DNA of 64,000 bases from assembly GCA_947073045.1 (NCBI GenBank), contig CAMTJU010000001.1:45783-109782 (forward strand), read 5' to 3'. The notes beneath the pieces are model-generated. The model ran no database searches. It had not been told where the DNA came from and saw nothing but the letters and a program-made list of their open reading frames with translations. Shown here one piece after another: positions 30,001 to 36,301 of this stretch. The position numbers and the translations under genes were made by a program. How positions within the stretch are numbered: the first letter of the stretch is position 1; every line of letters starts with the position of its first letter. This stretch comes from an uncultured Clostridia bacterium (GTDB taxonomy: Bacteria > Bacillota > Clostridia > Lachnospirales > CAMVHY01).

Positions 30001-30327
30001 ATGTTCAAAAACATAAAATTGATTAAATTCATTTGGAACAAAATCGTTATCTACTGGTACAATATCACTTATGTGAACGTTCATTATATAACCTAATTTA
30101 TGCAAAGCAGCATAATGCAAAAATATATCTTGCATACTTTTTTTATATTCATAATCCACTTCTGGACTTAGTGTAAGTAGATTATTAGAAAATTTCATAA
30201 TGTTACTCAAATAATTATATATAACCGTCGGACTTAAACGTTCTGCTAACTCTTTGTCACCTTGTGTCATTTTTTCTAACATTCTATTAACTTCTTTCCA
30301 TCTTCCATTATCTATAACTCCTTCCAT
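27088..30327 (-). CDS. Large paralog D (1079 aa), same uncharacterised family, long S/N/D/E-rich tail
   Basis: N-terminus MEGVIDNGRWKEVNRMLEKMTQGDKELAERLS. Conserved blocks present, an extra E/K-rich coiled-coil-like insert (KEKEIEEEIKKLEKK), and a C-terminal ~250-aa low-complexity acidic/Ser-Asn region ending in a basic tail. Confidence 0.8.
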   Translation of the reverse strand: MEGVIDNGRWKEVNRMLEKMTQGDKELAERLSPTVIYNYLSNIMKFSNNLLTLSPEVDYEYKKSMQDIFLHYAALHKLGYIMNVHISDIVPVDNDFVPNEFNQFYVFEHKGKKYCINNIKEVLHKYEFEGIIMDPSDKEELNNVLNLLKNGPSVEAREVIKRGFRNFESIQYCDKLDTEFWNKLNSDEISFENKSLDQVLSMVKKGILPHLHIKVNGEDRFLNPNYNNIPMCKNINDILALMQILQRVLNRFNELGNQELNEGDLVNYQNLKSELQKYYLFFENQYLSYVSFNQMPTRKDVNTLMNKFVQSDYYKSLSKDEKFRILDLIYTIDEPNLKKMLVLTDPQKYPDGKQRQENLRKIMQMILVSDISVEMMYQEKKLGYISLNGSNGLIYQKPGSKDIEMVDSLGNQKININERLSGYLEDSTGQEYLKRMIYLRDNINISDIYLYYPNISPVLNIVLSSAHFNSLKDKKTKQNELEKIKEAIEKEEKEIEEEIKKLEKKRSSNNGALNEVEQDYYELLKNLLKEQPKETEKVSRLTRYRLRKNSLEVEETKEDFINEIINTENNIAVSISHAINYLTDRYNGVKLDIFNRLINPENYISTKERQELWRISDIINDSHNLLDVFYEQHKKYENELKNAKESLDKIGQTAILPSTRRRKKRKEQLLKQQVDDLTKKQENFDKLFNQTLNSLIDRKDLSKEKLIQISNILASNLNDVLDLNISKDREWELIQLVFKIAQNDPTGHLMNRVNEVLKLPAGDNYVRKVYMDDIYKISQLYNNGEFPSDISDLIESEVEYSADDSDKDRNTKLYAKYGGLHNQIKVLKPIPRVAGENSHNNQERVRSESSLEDNNNNNNFGNVENNLDKGSNYYSSSYYSGSSSYSNDSVNNKNGDSQVGDNSEDISNISLENDDSKNSDVEDQADYSSYHEEIDTLENSEKENNLSEQQEKIESEVFLEENYSSSNTVDSLSGSYKDNSKPAKKADGEKRILCKNDILNDILGVGVSNSDIYEQAKGYDENDSLNVTYGDFSSSSSLSPMKKVAQEQKNGVNRPLKKVEKGQRKIKNESNKTKKSKNK

Positions 30328-30393
30328 TGAAATCTCCCCCTTTTTATAACTTCGCTACAAATTCAGAAATAAGTAAATAAGTATTGATACTTA

Positions 30394-30422
30394 ATTATAT
30401 CATTATTAATTGACAAATTCAA
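30394..30422 (-). promoter_or_regulatory. Sigma-A-type promoter of paralog D
   Basis: TTGAAT (30422..30417), 17 nt, TGATATAAT (-10 at 30399..30394). Confidence 0.5.
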
Positions 30423-30510
30423 ATTAAACAATCTTTTTGCTAAAAAGTAACTAAAAAAATTTTGCTATTGATAATATGTGACATAATTCATTTATTTGTG
30501 CACAAATTTT

Positions 30511-30567
30511 AACACAAAAAATGACCCCATTTTATTAAATTTTTCATTTAATAATTTGAGGTCATTT
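30511..30567 (-). terminator. Terminator of the Cys-terminated protein gene
   Basis: Long imperfect hairpin (~22-bp stem) followed by a T-run on the minus strand, about 30 nt after the stop at 30597. Confidence 0.6.
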
Positions 30568-30596
30568 CAATTAATTAGATTAATTTTGGCTTATTG

Positions 30597-31493
30597 TTAA
30601 TTGTTGCATCCGCAATCATTATTATTTGTGTTTACGCCAGCAACATGTGTACTTGGGATATTTGAACTAATACCGGCTAAAAATTCAGGTTTTTGAGGCG
30701 GCGCAAATACATCCATTGGGAAATCTAAGCTTTCAAAGAAATCACATGGGTTAAGTGGTGAAATATCTTCGCATTCTTTTGGTATACAGAATCCTCTTGA
30801 TTCTACATTAAGATTTACAAGTCTGTAAAGTTTTATGATAGTAAATAAACCAATTGTTACATTTACACGGTTTGGTTCCGGAGGAAGGTCCTCAACTGAT
30901 GAACATCTTCTTTGTAATCTTAATTCAGCTGATAGTGCAACAGCTTTTGCTTCTACAAAAATAAATGGTTCTGCACGAAGAGTAGTTGAATCGTTAGTGC
31001 TGCATTTAAATAAATCGGTAGCAATAACTAAATCTGAGCCAATTGATCCAAACAATGTAACTTTTTTATTAAAAATACTGTTTGCACATACAGGCGAACT
31101 TATTGGAGTTCCGTCAGCTTCTCTGAAAGTCAATCTGTATTGGAAAACATATTTCAAATCTACATCCCAAAAACCATTTTTAAATGGGTTAGGACATTTA
31201 TCAACAATAATGACTTTTTTTACAAATAAATTATCTATAGTAACAGCAGCTGCGTTAGAAGGCGGGTCAATTATCTCTCCTTCTTGTATGCATTCATCTC
31301 CGATTACAGTTTTTTTAGCAGCTCTTGCCGGCCCAATTTCATTTGCCGTTAAACAATCTTGTTGTCTGCATGAATCATAAACTTTAAATGCAATAATGCA
31401 TTCTTCTTTCACTCTTCTGTTATCAACATTTTCACCAGCAACATTTTCATTACATCCACAATCTGTATTGTTGTTAAATTCAAACGCACTCAT
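30597..31493 (-). CDS. Hypothetical 298-aa protein with mirrored DCGCN termini
   Basis: RBS AAAGGAGGA 8 nt before the ATG. N-terminus MSAFEFNNNTDCGCNEN.., C-terminus ..NTNNNDCGCNN. 12 Cys in total, a beta-rich-looking body, no signal peptide or TM helix. I cannot place it in a named family. Confidence 0.75.
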   Translation of the reverse strand: MSAFEFNNNTDCGCNENVAGENVDNRRVKEECIIAFKVYDSCRQQDCLTANEIGPARAAKKTVIGDECIQEGEIIDPPSNAAAVTIDNLFVKKVIIVDKCPNPFKNGFWDVDLKYVFQYRLTFREADGTPISSPVCANSIFNKKVTLFGSIGSDLVIATDLFKCSTNDSTTLRAEPFIFVEAKAVALSAELRLQRRCSSVEDLPPEPNRVNVTIGLFTIIKLYRLVNLNVESRGFCIPKECEDISPLNPCDFFESLDFPMDVFAPPQKPEFLAGISSNIPSTHVAGVNTNNNDCGCNN

Positions 31494-31611
31494 TATTAAA
31501 TCCTCCTTTATAATTTAAAACTATATCTCCCCCTTAATTTTGATATATGTACAAATAAATTTTTTGTGACTTAATTTGTTCTTTAAAAAAGTAACTTCAT
31601 AAAAAGAAACC

Positions 31612-31641
31612 AAAAAAATCAGGCATAGCCTGATTTTTTTT
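31612..31641. terminator. Terminator hairpin (second copy of the two-hairpin module)
   Basis: AAAAAAATCAGGC-ATA-GCCTGATTTTTTTTT, nearly the same sequence as 229..262. Confidence 0.55.
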
Positions 31642-31654
31642 TATTAAAGTTCTT

Positions 31655-31686
31655 TTACTTCTTTTCTTTCAAGAAAAGAAGAAGAT
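31655..31686 (-). terminator. Hairpin immediately after the MscS-like gene stop (module part 2)
   Basis: CTTCTTTTCTT-TCAA-GAAAAGAAGAAG. Same position and style as 273..309. Confidence 0.4.
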
Positions 31687-31701
31687 TTTGATTTTAAGAT
31701 T

Positions 31702-32217
31702 CTATAAAGTTTTTCTGCTCTTGTTAGTTACAATTTTAATCTCGCCGTTGGGAATTATGTAAACATCGCCATTTGCAGCTCGAAGAGTTGTTGTGCACAT
31801 GGTAATTGATTCTACAGTTCCTGCCTTGTTTGCAATGATAACTTTGTCTCCAACTTCAAACTGATTTTCAAACAATATAAAAATTCCTGTAATAAAATCC
31901 TTGATTAGACTTTGGGCAGCTAATCCTACTGTAATACTACCAATACCTGCGACAGTTAAAATTGATTTCATGTCAATACCTAAAACATTAAAAAACATGC
32001 AGATTATAACAAAAAAGATTATATATTTAATTATGCTGTTGCATGCAATTTGAAAAGTTTTGTACTTGCGTGTATCGATTTTTTCTTTGAATTTATCAAA
32101 CAACTTGGAAATAAATTTTTTTGTCAGCAAATACAAAACAATCCCTAAAAAAATTATTGCTGCAGATTCAGCTATGATATTAAAATTCTTGTAAAGAAAT
32201 TCAAAACTTTCATTCAT
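31702..32217 (-). CDS. Mechanosensitive ion channel (MscS) family protein, short/C-terminally truncated form
   Basis: TM helices plus the start of the MscS beta domain (GDKVIIANKAGTVESITMCTTTLRAANGDVYIIPNGEI), then a stop. Start set at the ATG at 32217 after GGAGGA. Confidence 0.65.
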   Translation of the reverse strand: MNESFEFLYKNFNIIAESAAIIFLGIVLYLLTKKFISKLFDKFKEKIDTRKYKTFQIACNSIIKYIIFFVIICMFFNVLGIDMKSILTVAGIGSITVGLAAQSLIKDFITGIFILFENQFEVGDKVIIANKAGTVESITMCTTTLRAANGDVYIIPNGEIKIVTNKSRKTL

Positions 32218-32294
32218 AAAAAACAATCCTCCATATACAAAAAATGCAAGCACAATCTGCTTGCATCAATTATAACTAAAATCTGTTTTGTAAA

Positions 32295-32900
32295 CTACCA
32301 ATACTCACCCAAAATTTCAATCGCATTTTTCTTTATAACTACTTCGCCGTGCTCAAATAAGTAAGCTCTTGATATTGGATTTACTATGCACTTTTTCCCA
32401 TACTCGGCAATTATTATATCAAGCTCTGAATCTGTAATTTCATTAAATTTGTCATCATTTCGCATAACCAAAAAATATTTATTATCTTTTTTCAAGAGAC
32501 TGCTTGCGCCGCCAAATCGCCCATACAAAGCTCTAGCTACGAGAGATACATCATTCAAAGTTTTAAATTCATATATATGTAAAAAATCATCGCTCTCAAT
32601 TTTTAAACTGTAGCTTGATTTTTTATTTTTTTTCTTAGTCACTATTTTTTGTTCCTCATCCATTTTTGTTACCAAAATAACAACTGCCTCGAGAGAAACA
32701 GGGATAGCCTCAATCATGAGCTGAGCATCCTCAGCATCAAAGTCATATTCATCAGTTGCTATATTTAAAACTTCTTTAAACAAATCGCGAGTTTTTTCCG
32801 AACCAAAAGCAAGTTCTGCCATTTTTATATTTCTTTCTTGCAAATCATCGTTAGTCAATAAAATTTTCAGTTTGTTTTCATTAATCTTTTCTATCTTCAT
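32295..32900 (-). CDS. mecA: Adapter protein MecA
   Basis: MKIEKINENKLKILLTNDDLQERNIKMAEL.. is a typical MecA N-domain, followed by a C-domain. Start at the ATG at 32900 after GGGGGTGA. Confidence 0.8.
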   Translation of the reverse strand: MKIEKINENKLKILLTNDDLQERNIKMAELAFGSEKTRDLFKEVLNIATDEYDFDAEDAQLMIEAIPVSLEAVVILVTKMDEEQKIVTKKKNKKSSYSLKIESDDFLHIYEFKTLNDVSLVARALYGRFGGASSLLKKDNKYFLVMRNDDKFNEITDSELDIIIAEYGKKCIVNPISRAYLFEHGEVVIKKNAIEILGEYW

Positions 32901-33155
32901 AACTCTCACCCCCGCAAATCACATATATAACAATTATAAAACATAAAAATTAAAAAGTAAATATACAAATTCATCAAAACATTCTTTAATTACAGCTATT
33001 TTAGACCCATTTTTATCAATTTTTAACAAAAATTAAGATACACATATTTTGCAATATTTGCGTAGTATGTGCATCTGTTTACTTTTGTGATATACTCCTG
33101 CCGCCTAAGAGCGAGAATATCTCACTGTATTACAAGTTGAATCAAAATTTTTTGG

Positions 33156-33184
33156 TTGACAAGTTGTTTTTTGTACATTGTAAT
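33156..33184 (+). promoter_or_regulatory. Candidate sigma-A promoter of the RiPP operon
   Basis: TTGACA (33156..33161), 17 nt, TGTAAT (33179..33184), about 90 nt upstream of the precursor ATG. Confidence 0.45.
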
Positions 33185-33277
33185 CAAAAATAATTAGTAA
33201 ATTATTAGCAAAAAAGTATAAAAATGTTGTTATTTACTGTTTTAAAGTATTACAATAAAGAAAGGAGATGAGATAAA

Positions 33278-33415
33278 ATGGAAACTCCAAAGATGAATGC
33301 AGCTCCAATTTGTGTAGGATGTATGGCTTGTGGTGAGTGTATAATTTGCGGACCAACACCATCTGGTACTGAGTGTGCTGCTGTAGCAGTTGGCTTATCA
33401 GCTTTTTACAACTAA
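33278..33415 (+). CDS. Cys-rich RiPP precursor peptide (45 aa), sactipeptide-like
   Basis: Below the 60-aa cutoff of the ORF track, so found by reading the DNA. RBS AAAGGAGA 9 nt upstream. Sequence METPKMNAAPICVGCMACGECIICGPTPSGTECAAVAVGLSAFYN. Lies directly upstream of an RRE-rSAM gene. Confidence 0.7.
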   Translation: METPKMNAAPICVGCMACGECIICGPTPSGTECAAVAVGLSAFYN

Positions 33416-33480
33416 TATATTTTTATTTTAGGGCTACTTTTTATTAAGTGGCCTATATTTATATTTAGAGGTGAATAAAA

Positions 33481-33666
33481 TTGAGTGGTTATTTGTATTT
33501 TGAAGATTGTCTTGAAATACAAACCTATGAAAATAAACAAGAAGGATATTTATTGATAAAACCTAATGGAAAAACAATAAATCGTAAACACATAGGAAAA
33601 AGATATGTATTAAATAAAACTGCAATAGAAATTATATTGCTAATTGATGGTACAAGAACATATTAA
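33481..33666 (+). CDS. PqqD-like RiPP recognition element (RRE), N-terminal half only; ends at an in-frame TAA
   Basis: TTG start after AGAGGTGA. ..RYVLNKTAIEIILLIDGTRTY* matches the beta-strands plus helix 1 of a PqqD/RRE fold. The same frame continues without further stops into 33727..34854. Confidence 0.6.
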   Translation: MSGYLYFEDCLEIQTYENKQEGYLLIKPNGKTINRKHIGKRYVLNKTAIEIILLIDGTRTY

Positions 33667-33726
33667 GATTTAGTAAAAGAATTATCTGTTAAATATGCAG
33701 AATCATATGAAAGTATTAATAATAAG

Positions 33727-34854
33727 GTGAGTGCTTTTTTAAATAGTTTTACAAACAGTTACGAATTAAAAATTTTGGATGGTGAACATCCATTCAACAA
33801 AGCTGTGATTGTAAAAAATAACAAAAATATTTATCCGACTGTAGCTTCATTGGAATTAACGTATAAATGTAATTTGAGATGTCGTCATTGTTATGGAGAA
33901 TACGGTGACGTAAATAAAATAGAGATGGATATAAATAATTTAAAAAAGTTATTGGTTGAGCTAAAAGAATTAGGGATAAGAATAATAGAATTTACAGGCG
34001 GAGATGTTAGCATCTATCCGCACTTTAAAGAAGCTTTGTTGTATGCAATAGACTTAGATTTTGATTTTATATGCATTTTAACGAATGGAATAGCACTAGA
34101 TGATGATATTATAGAAATTATTATTAATAATAAGAACAAAGTTGTTATGCAAATAGATTTACATAGCTTAGATGATAATTATTTAGAGTGGTTTACACAA
34201 GTTCCTAATACTATAGATCGTATAAAAAATATCATAACAAAATTTACGCAAAATGATGTATTAATCCGTATTGCAACTGTTGTAACACCTAAAAATGTTG
34301 ATGAAATAGAGACTATTGCAGATTGGGTGCATAATATTGGTATTAAAACTTATGCTCTTTCTCCAGTTATAAATTTAGGTAGAGCAACTTTTTTAAATGA
34401 CAATTTGTTATTCAATAATAAAGAGCAACTAGCAAAGTTTGAAAAAGTGGTTAATAATATTATGTCTAAATACAGTAATTTTCTAACAGTACGTGAAGAT
34501 GCTGTAAATGAAAGACCAAATTGTGGTAGTTTAACATCTAATGTTACTATAATGCCTGATGGAAATATAAAACACTGTACTATGGATAATTCAAAATATG
34601 CTAATACTAGCATAGGAAATGTATTTGATAAACCTATTAAACAAATATATGATGAAAATACAGACTATATTGAAGCTGTTTTTGCTTTAGAACCTCCAAA
34701 ATATGATTCTATAGAATGTCGCGAATGTGATAAAAAATATTTTTGTGGCAATTGCATTTTGAGAGGATTTATAAGTAGAAAAGACAAAGGAGAAGAATGC
34801 AAATGGTATACAAACAAAGTCCCACAAATAATAAAAGAAAAATTATCGATTTAA
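33727..34854 (+). CDS. Radical SAM/SPASM peptide maturase (sactisynthase-like), lacking its intact N-terminal RRE
   Basis: CNLRCRHC (CxxxCxxC) rSAM cluster. C-terminal SPASM-type Cys motifs (CGSLTSNVTIMPDGNIKHC; CRECDKKYFCGNCILRG). The sequence from 33667 to 33726 (DLVKELSVKYAESYESINNK) completes the RRE when read through. Confidence 0.85.
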   Translation: MSAFLNSFTNSYELKILDGEHPFNKAVIVKNNKNIYPTVASLELTYKCNLRCRHCYGEYGDVNKIEMDINNLKKLLVELKELGIRIIEFTGGDVSIYPHFKEALLYAIDLDFDFICILTNGIALDDDIIEIIINNKNKVVMQIDLHSLDDNYLEWFTQVPNTIDRIKNIITKFTQNDVLIRIATVVTPKNVDEIETIADWVHNIGIKTYALSPVINLGRATFLNDNLLFNNKEQLAKFEKVVNNIMSKYSNFLTVREDAVNERPNCGSLTSNVTIMPDGNIKHCTMDNSKYANTSIGNVFDKPIKQIYDENTDYIEAVFALEPPKYDSIECRECDKKYFCGNCILRGFISRKDKGEECKWYTNKVPQIIKEKLSI

Positions 34855-35519
34855 AAAATATATGTAAAAACTATAATCAAAAAAGTATACTAGACAATGT
34901 TAATTTATCTATACCCGTAAATTCCATATATGCTTTAATAGGACCTAATGGAGCTGGTAAAACTACATTATTAAGAATTATTTTAGGACTTATAGAAAAA
35001 AGCTCAGGTAAAGTAGAAAATCATTTTAGTAATAATGATATATCGGCATTGTTGGAGAATGATTACTTATTTCAGAATAAAACAGGTCAAAATAATATTA
35101 ATGATTTTGCGAAATATTTTTCGATTGATATCAGTAAAAATAAGAAACTAATTGATGAGTATATAACATGTTTAGGTTTGCAAAATGATTTAAATAAAAT
35201 GGTTCAATATTATTCAAAAGGTATGAAAAGAAAGTTATCTATATTAATAACTTTAATACGAAATACAAGCTTTCTAGTTTTAGATGAACCAACTTCAGGA
35301 GTTGATCCTCAATCTAGAATAGAAATACGTAAATTATTTAGCTTGTTAAAGAATCAAAATAAAACTATATTAGTAACATCACATGACTTAGCAGAAATAA
35401 CAAAAGTAAGCGATTATATATCTGTAATAAAATCTGGACAAATTATTGATACTTTTAAAAATGATTCTGATATTGATTTGGAAAAGAAGTTTTTTGAAGT
35501 AATTAATGGAGGAATCTGA
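34797..35519 (+). CDS. ABC transporter ATP-binding protein (RiPP export/immunity)
   Basis: Walker A GPNGAGKTT, signature YSKGMKRKLS, Walker B FLVLDEPTSGVD. The start is ambiguous (ATG 34797 or 34803) and overlaps the rSAM 3' end. Confidence 0.8.
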   Translation: MQMVYKQSPTNNKRKIIDLKNICKNYNQKSILDNVNLSIPVNSIYALIGPNGAGKTTLLRIILGLIEKSSGKVENHFSNNDISALLENDYLFQNKTGQNNINDFAKYFSIDISKNKKLIDEYITCLGLQNDLNKMVQYYSKGMKRKLSILITLIRNTSFLVLDEPTSGVDPQSRIEIRKLFSLLKNQNKTILVTSHDLAEITKVSDYISVIKSGQIIDTFKNDSDIDLEKKFFEVINGGI

Positions 35520-35521
35520 AT

Positions 35522-36253
35522 ATGAATATTAAAAATATAATTTCAGTGGCAGTGTTTGACCAAATTAAAGATAAGGGATTTTTGTATTCTTTCTTTGTAA
35601 ATTTGATATTGAATATTTCTATCTTTTTATTTATTTCGTTGAGTAATGATTATGAAGGAATGCTTTCAAGCATTATGATCTTATTTTTTGTAATCATTAA
35701 TATATCAATTTATCAACTTATCACAAATGTTGTTTTATATAATATATCCATTAACGAAAAAATTTCATCGCGTTTGGAATTTTATTTAGCTAATAAAATT
35801 CCTTTAAATGATATTTTAAATGCCTATTCAATTTCAACATTTATTTTAAGCAGCTTAAGCACCATATCATTTACATTGGTAATTCTATTAATGACATTAA
35901 TTTTTAAATTGCAAAATTTTGTGCAAATCTTTTGGAACTTAGATTTTGTTGCTATTTTTCTAGTACTATTAATATTTTTTTATTTAGTAGCTCAATTACT
36001 AAACATATTTGTATTTATATCAAAAAAAATATCAACTATAAGAATGCTTATTGCGCATTCTTCATTATTTGTTTTATTGTTAGGTGTATTTGGTTCAAAA
36101 TACATGATAAAATCAGCAATGTATTTTAATATTTCTTTTAATCTAGCTATAACGATAACTTTACTTGGATTGTCATTAGTCATTTTGTTTTTTGTTATTG
36201 CGCTAAAATGTAATTGTACAAAAGAAAAAATAGTATTATCAACTAAGGAATAA
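35522..36253 (+). CDS. ABC-2-type transporter permease
   Basis: 243-aa ORF, very hydrophobic with about 6 TM helices, starting 3 nt after the ATPase stop. Confidence 0.7.
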   Translation: MNIKNIISVAVFDQIKDKGFLYSFFVNLILNISIFLFISLSNDYEGMLSSIMILFFVIINISIYQLITNVVLYNISINEKISSRLEFYLANKIPLNDILNAYSISTFILSSLSTISFTLVILLMTLIFKLQNFVQIFWNLDFVAIFLVLLIFFYLVAQLLNIFVFISKKISTIRMLIAHSSLFVLLLGVFGSKYMIKSAMYFNISFNLAITITLLGLSLVILFFVIALKCNCTKEKIVLSTKE

Positions 36254-36301
36254 ACATAAATAAATTGTAGTATTAATATAAAAAAATTTATAAGGCAGTA
36301 T

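Larger units (their letters stand above)
15601..30781. repeat. Four-unit tandem segmental duplication (units of about 3.7-4.0 kb)
   Basis: Unit content: the 3' part of the flavoprotein gene, one large paralog, its promoter/leader, a terminator, and the last ~61 codons of the Cys-terminated protein gene. Unit boundaries fall at roughly 19285/19290, 23090/23091 and 26781/26782. Only the outermost copies of the two flanking genes are intact. Confidence 0.8.

Noticed and set aside
15601-31700. Considered whether the paralog array is a transposon, prophage or integrative element.
   Set aside because: I could find no transposase, integrase, recombinase, phage structural genes, tRNA attachment site or terminal inverted repeats. 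The boundaries are explained by duplication junctions within flanking genes.
33040-33130. A locally GC-richer patch (..CTCCTGCCGCCTAAGAGCGAGAATATCTCAC..) in the mecA-RiPP spacer might be a small RNA or gene remnant.
   Set aside because: I could find no stable stem-loop, terminator, ORF or known RNA motif. It is left unassigned.
33278-33415. The precursor is exactly 45 aa with six Cys, which recalls the SCIFF (six Cys in forty-five) family.
   Set aside because: The sequence lacks the SCIFF-type C-terminal GGCGECQTSCQSACKTSC-like core as I remember it. The adjacent maturase also has an N-terminal PqqD-like RRE and a sactisynthase-like layout. The 45/6 match appears coincidental.
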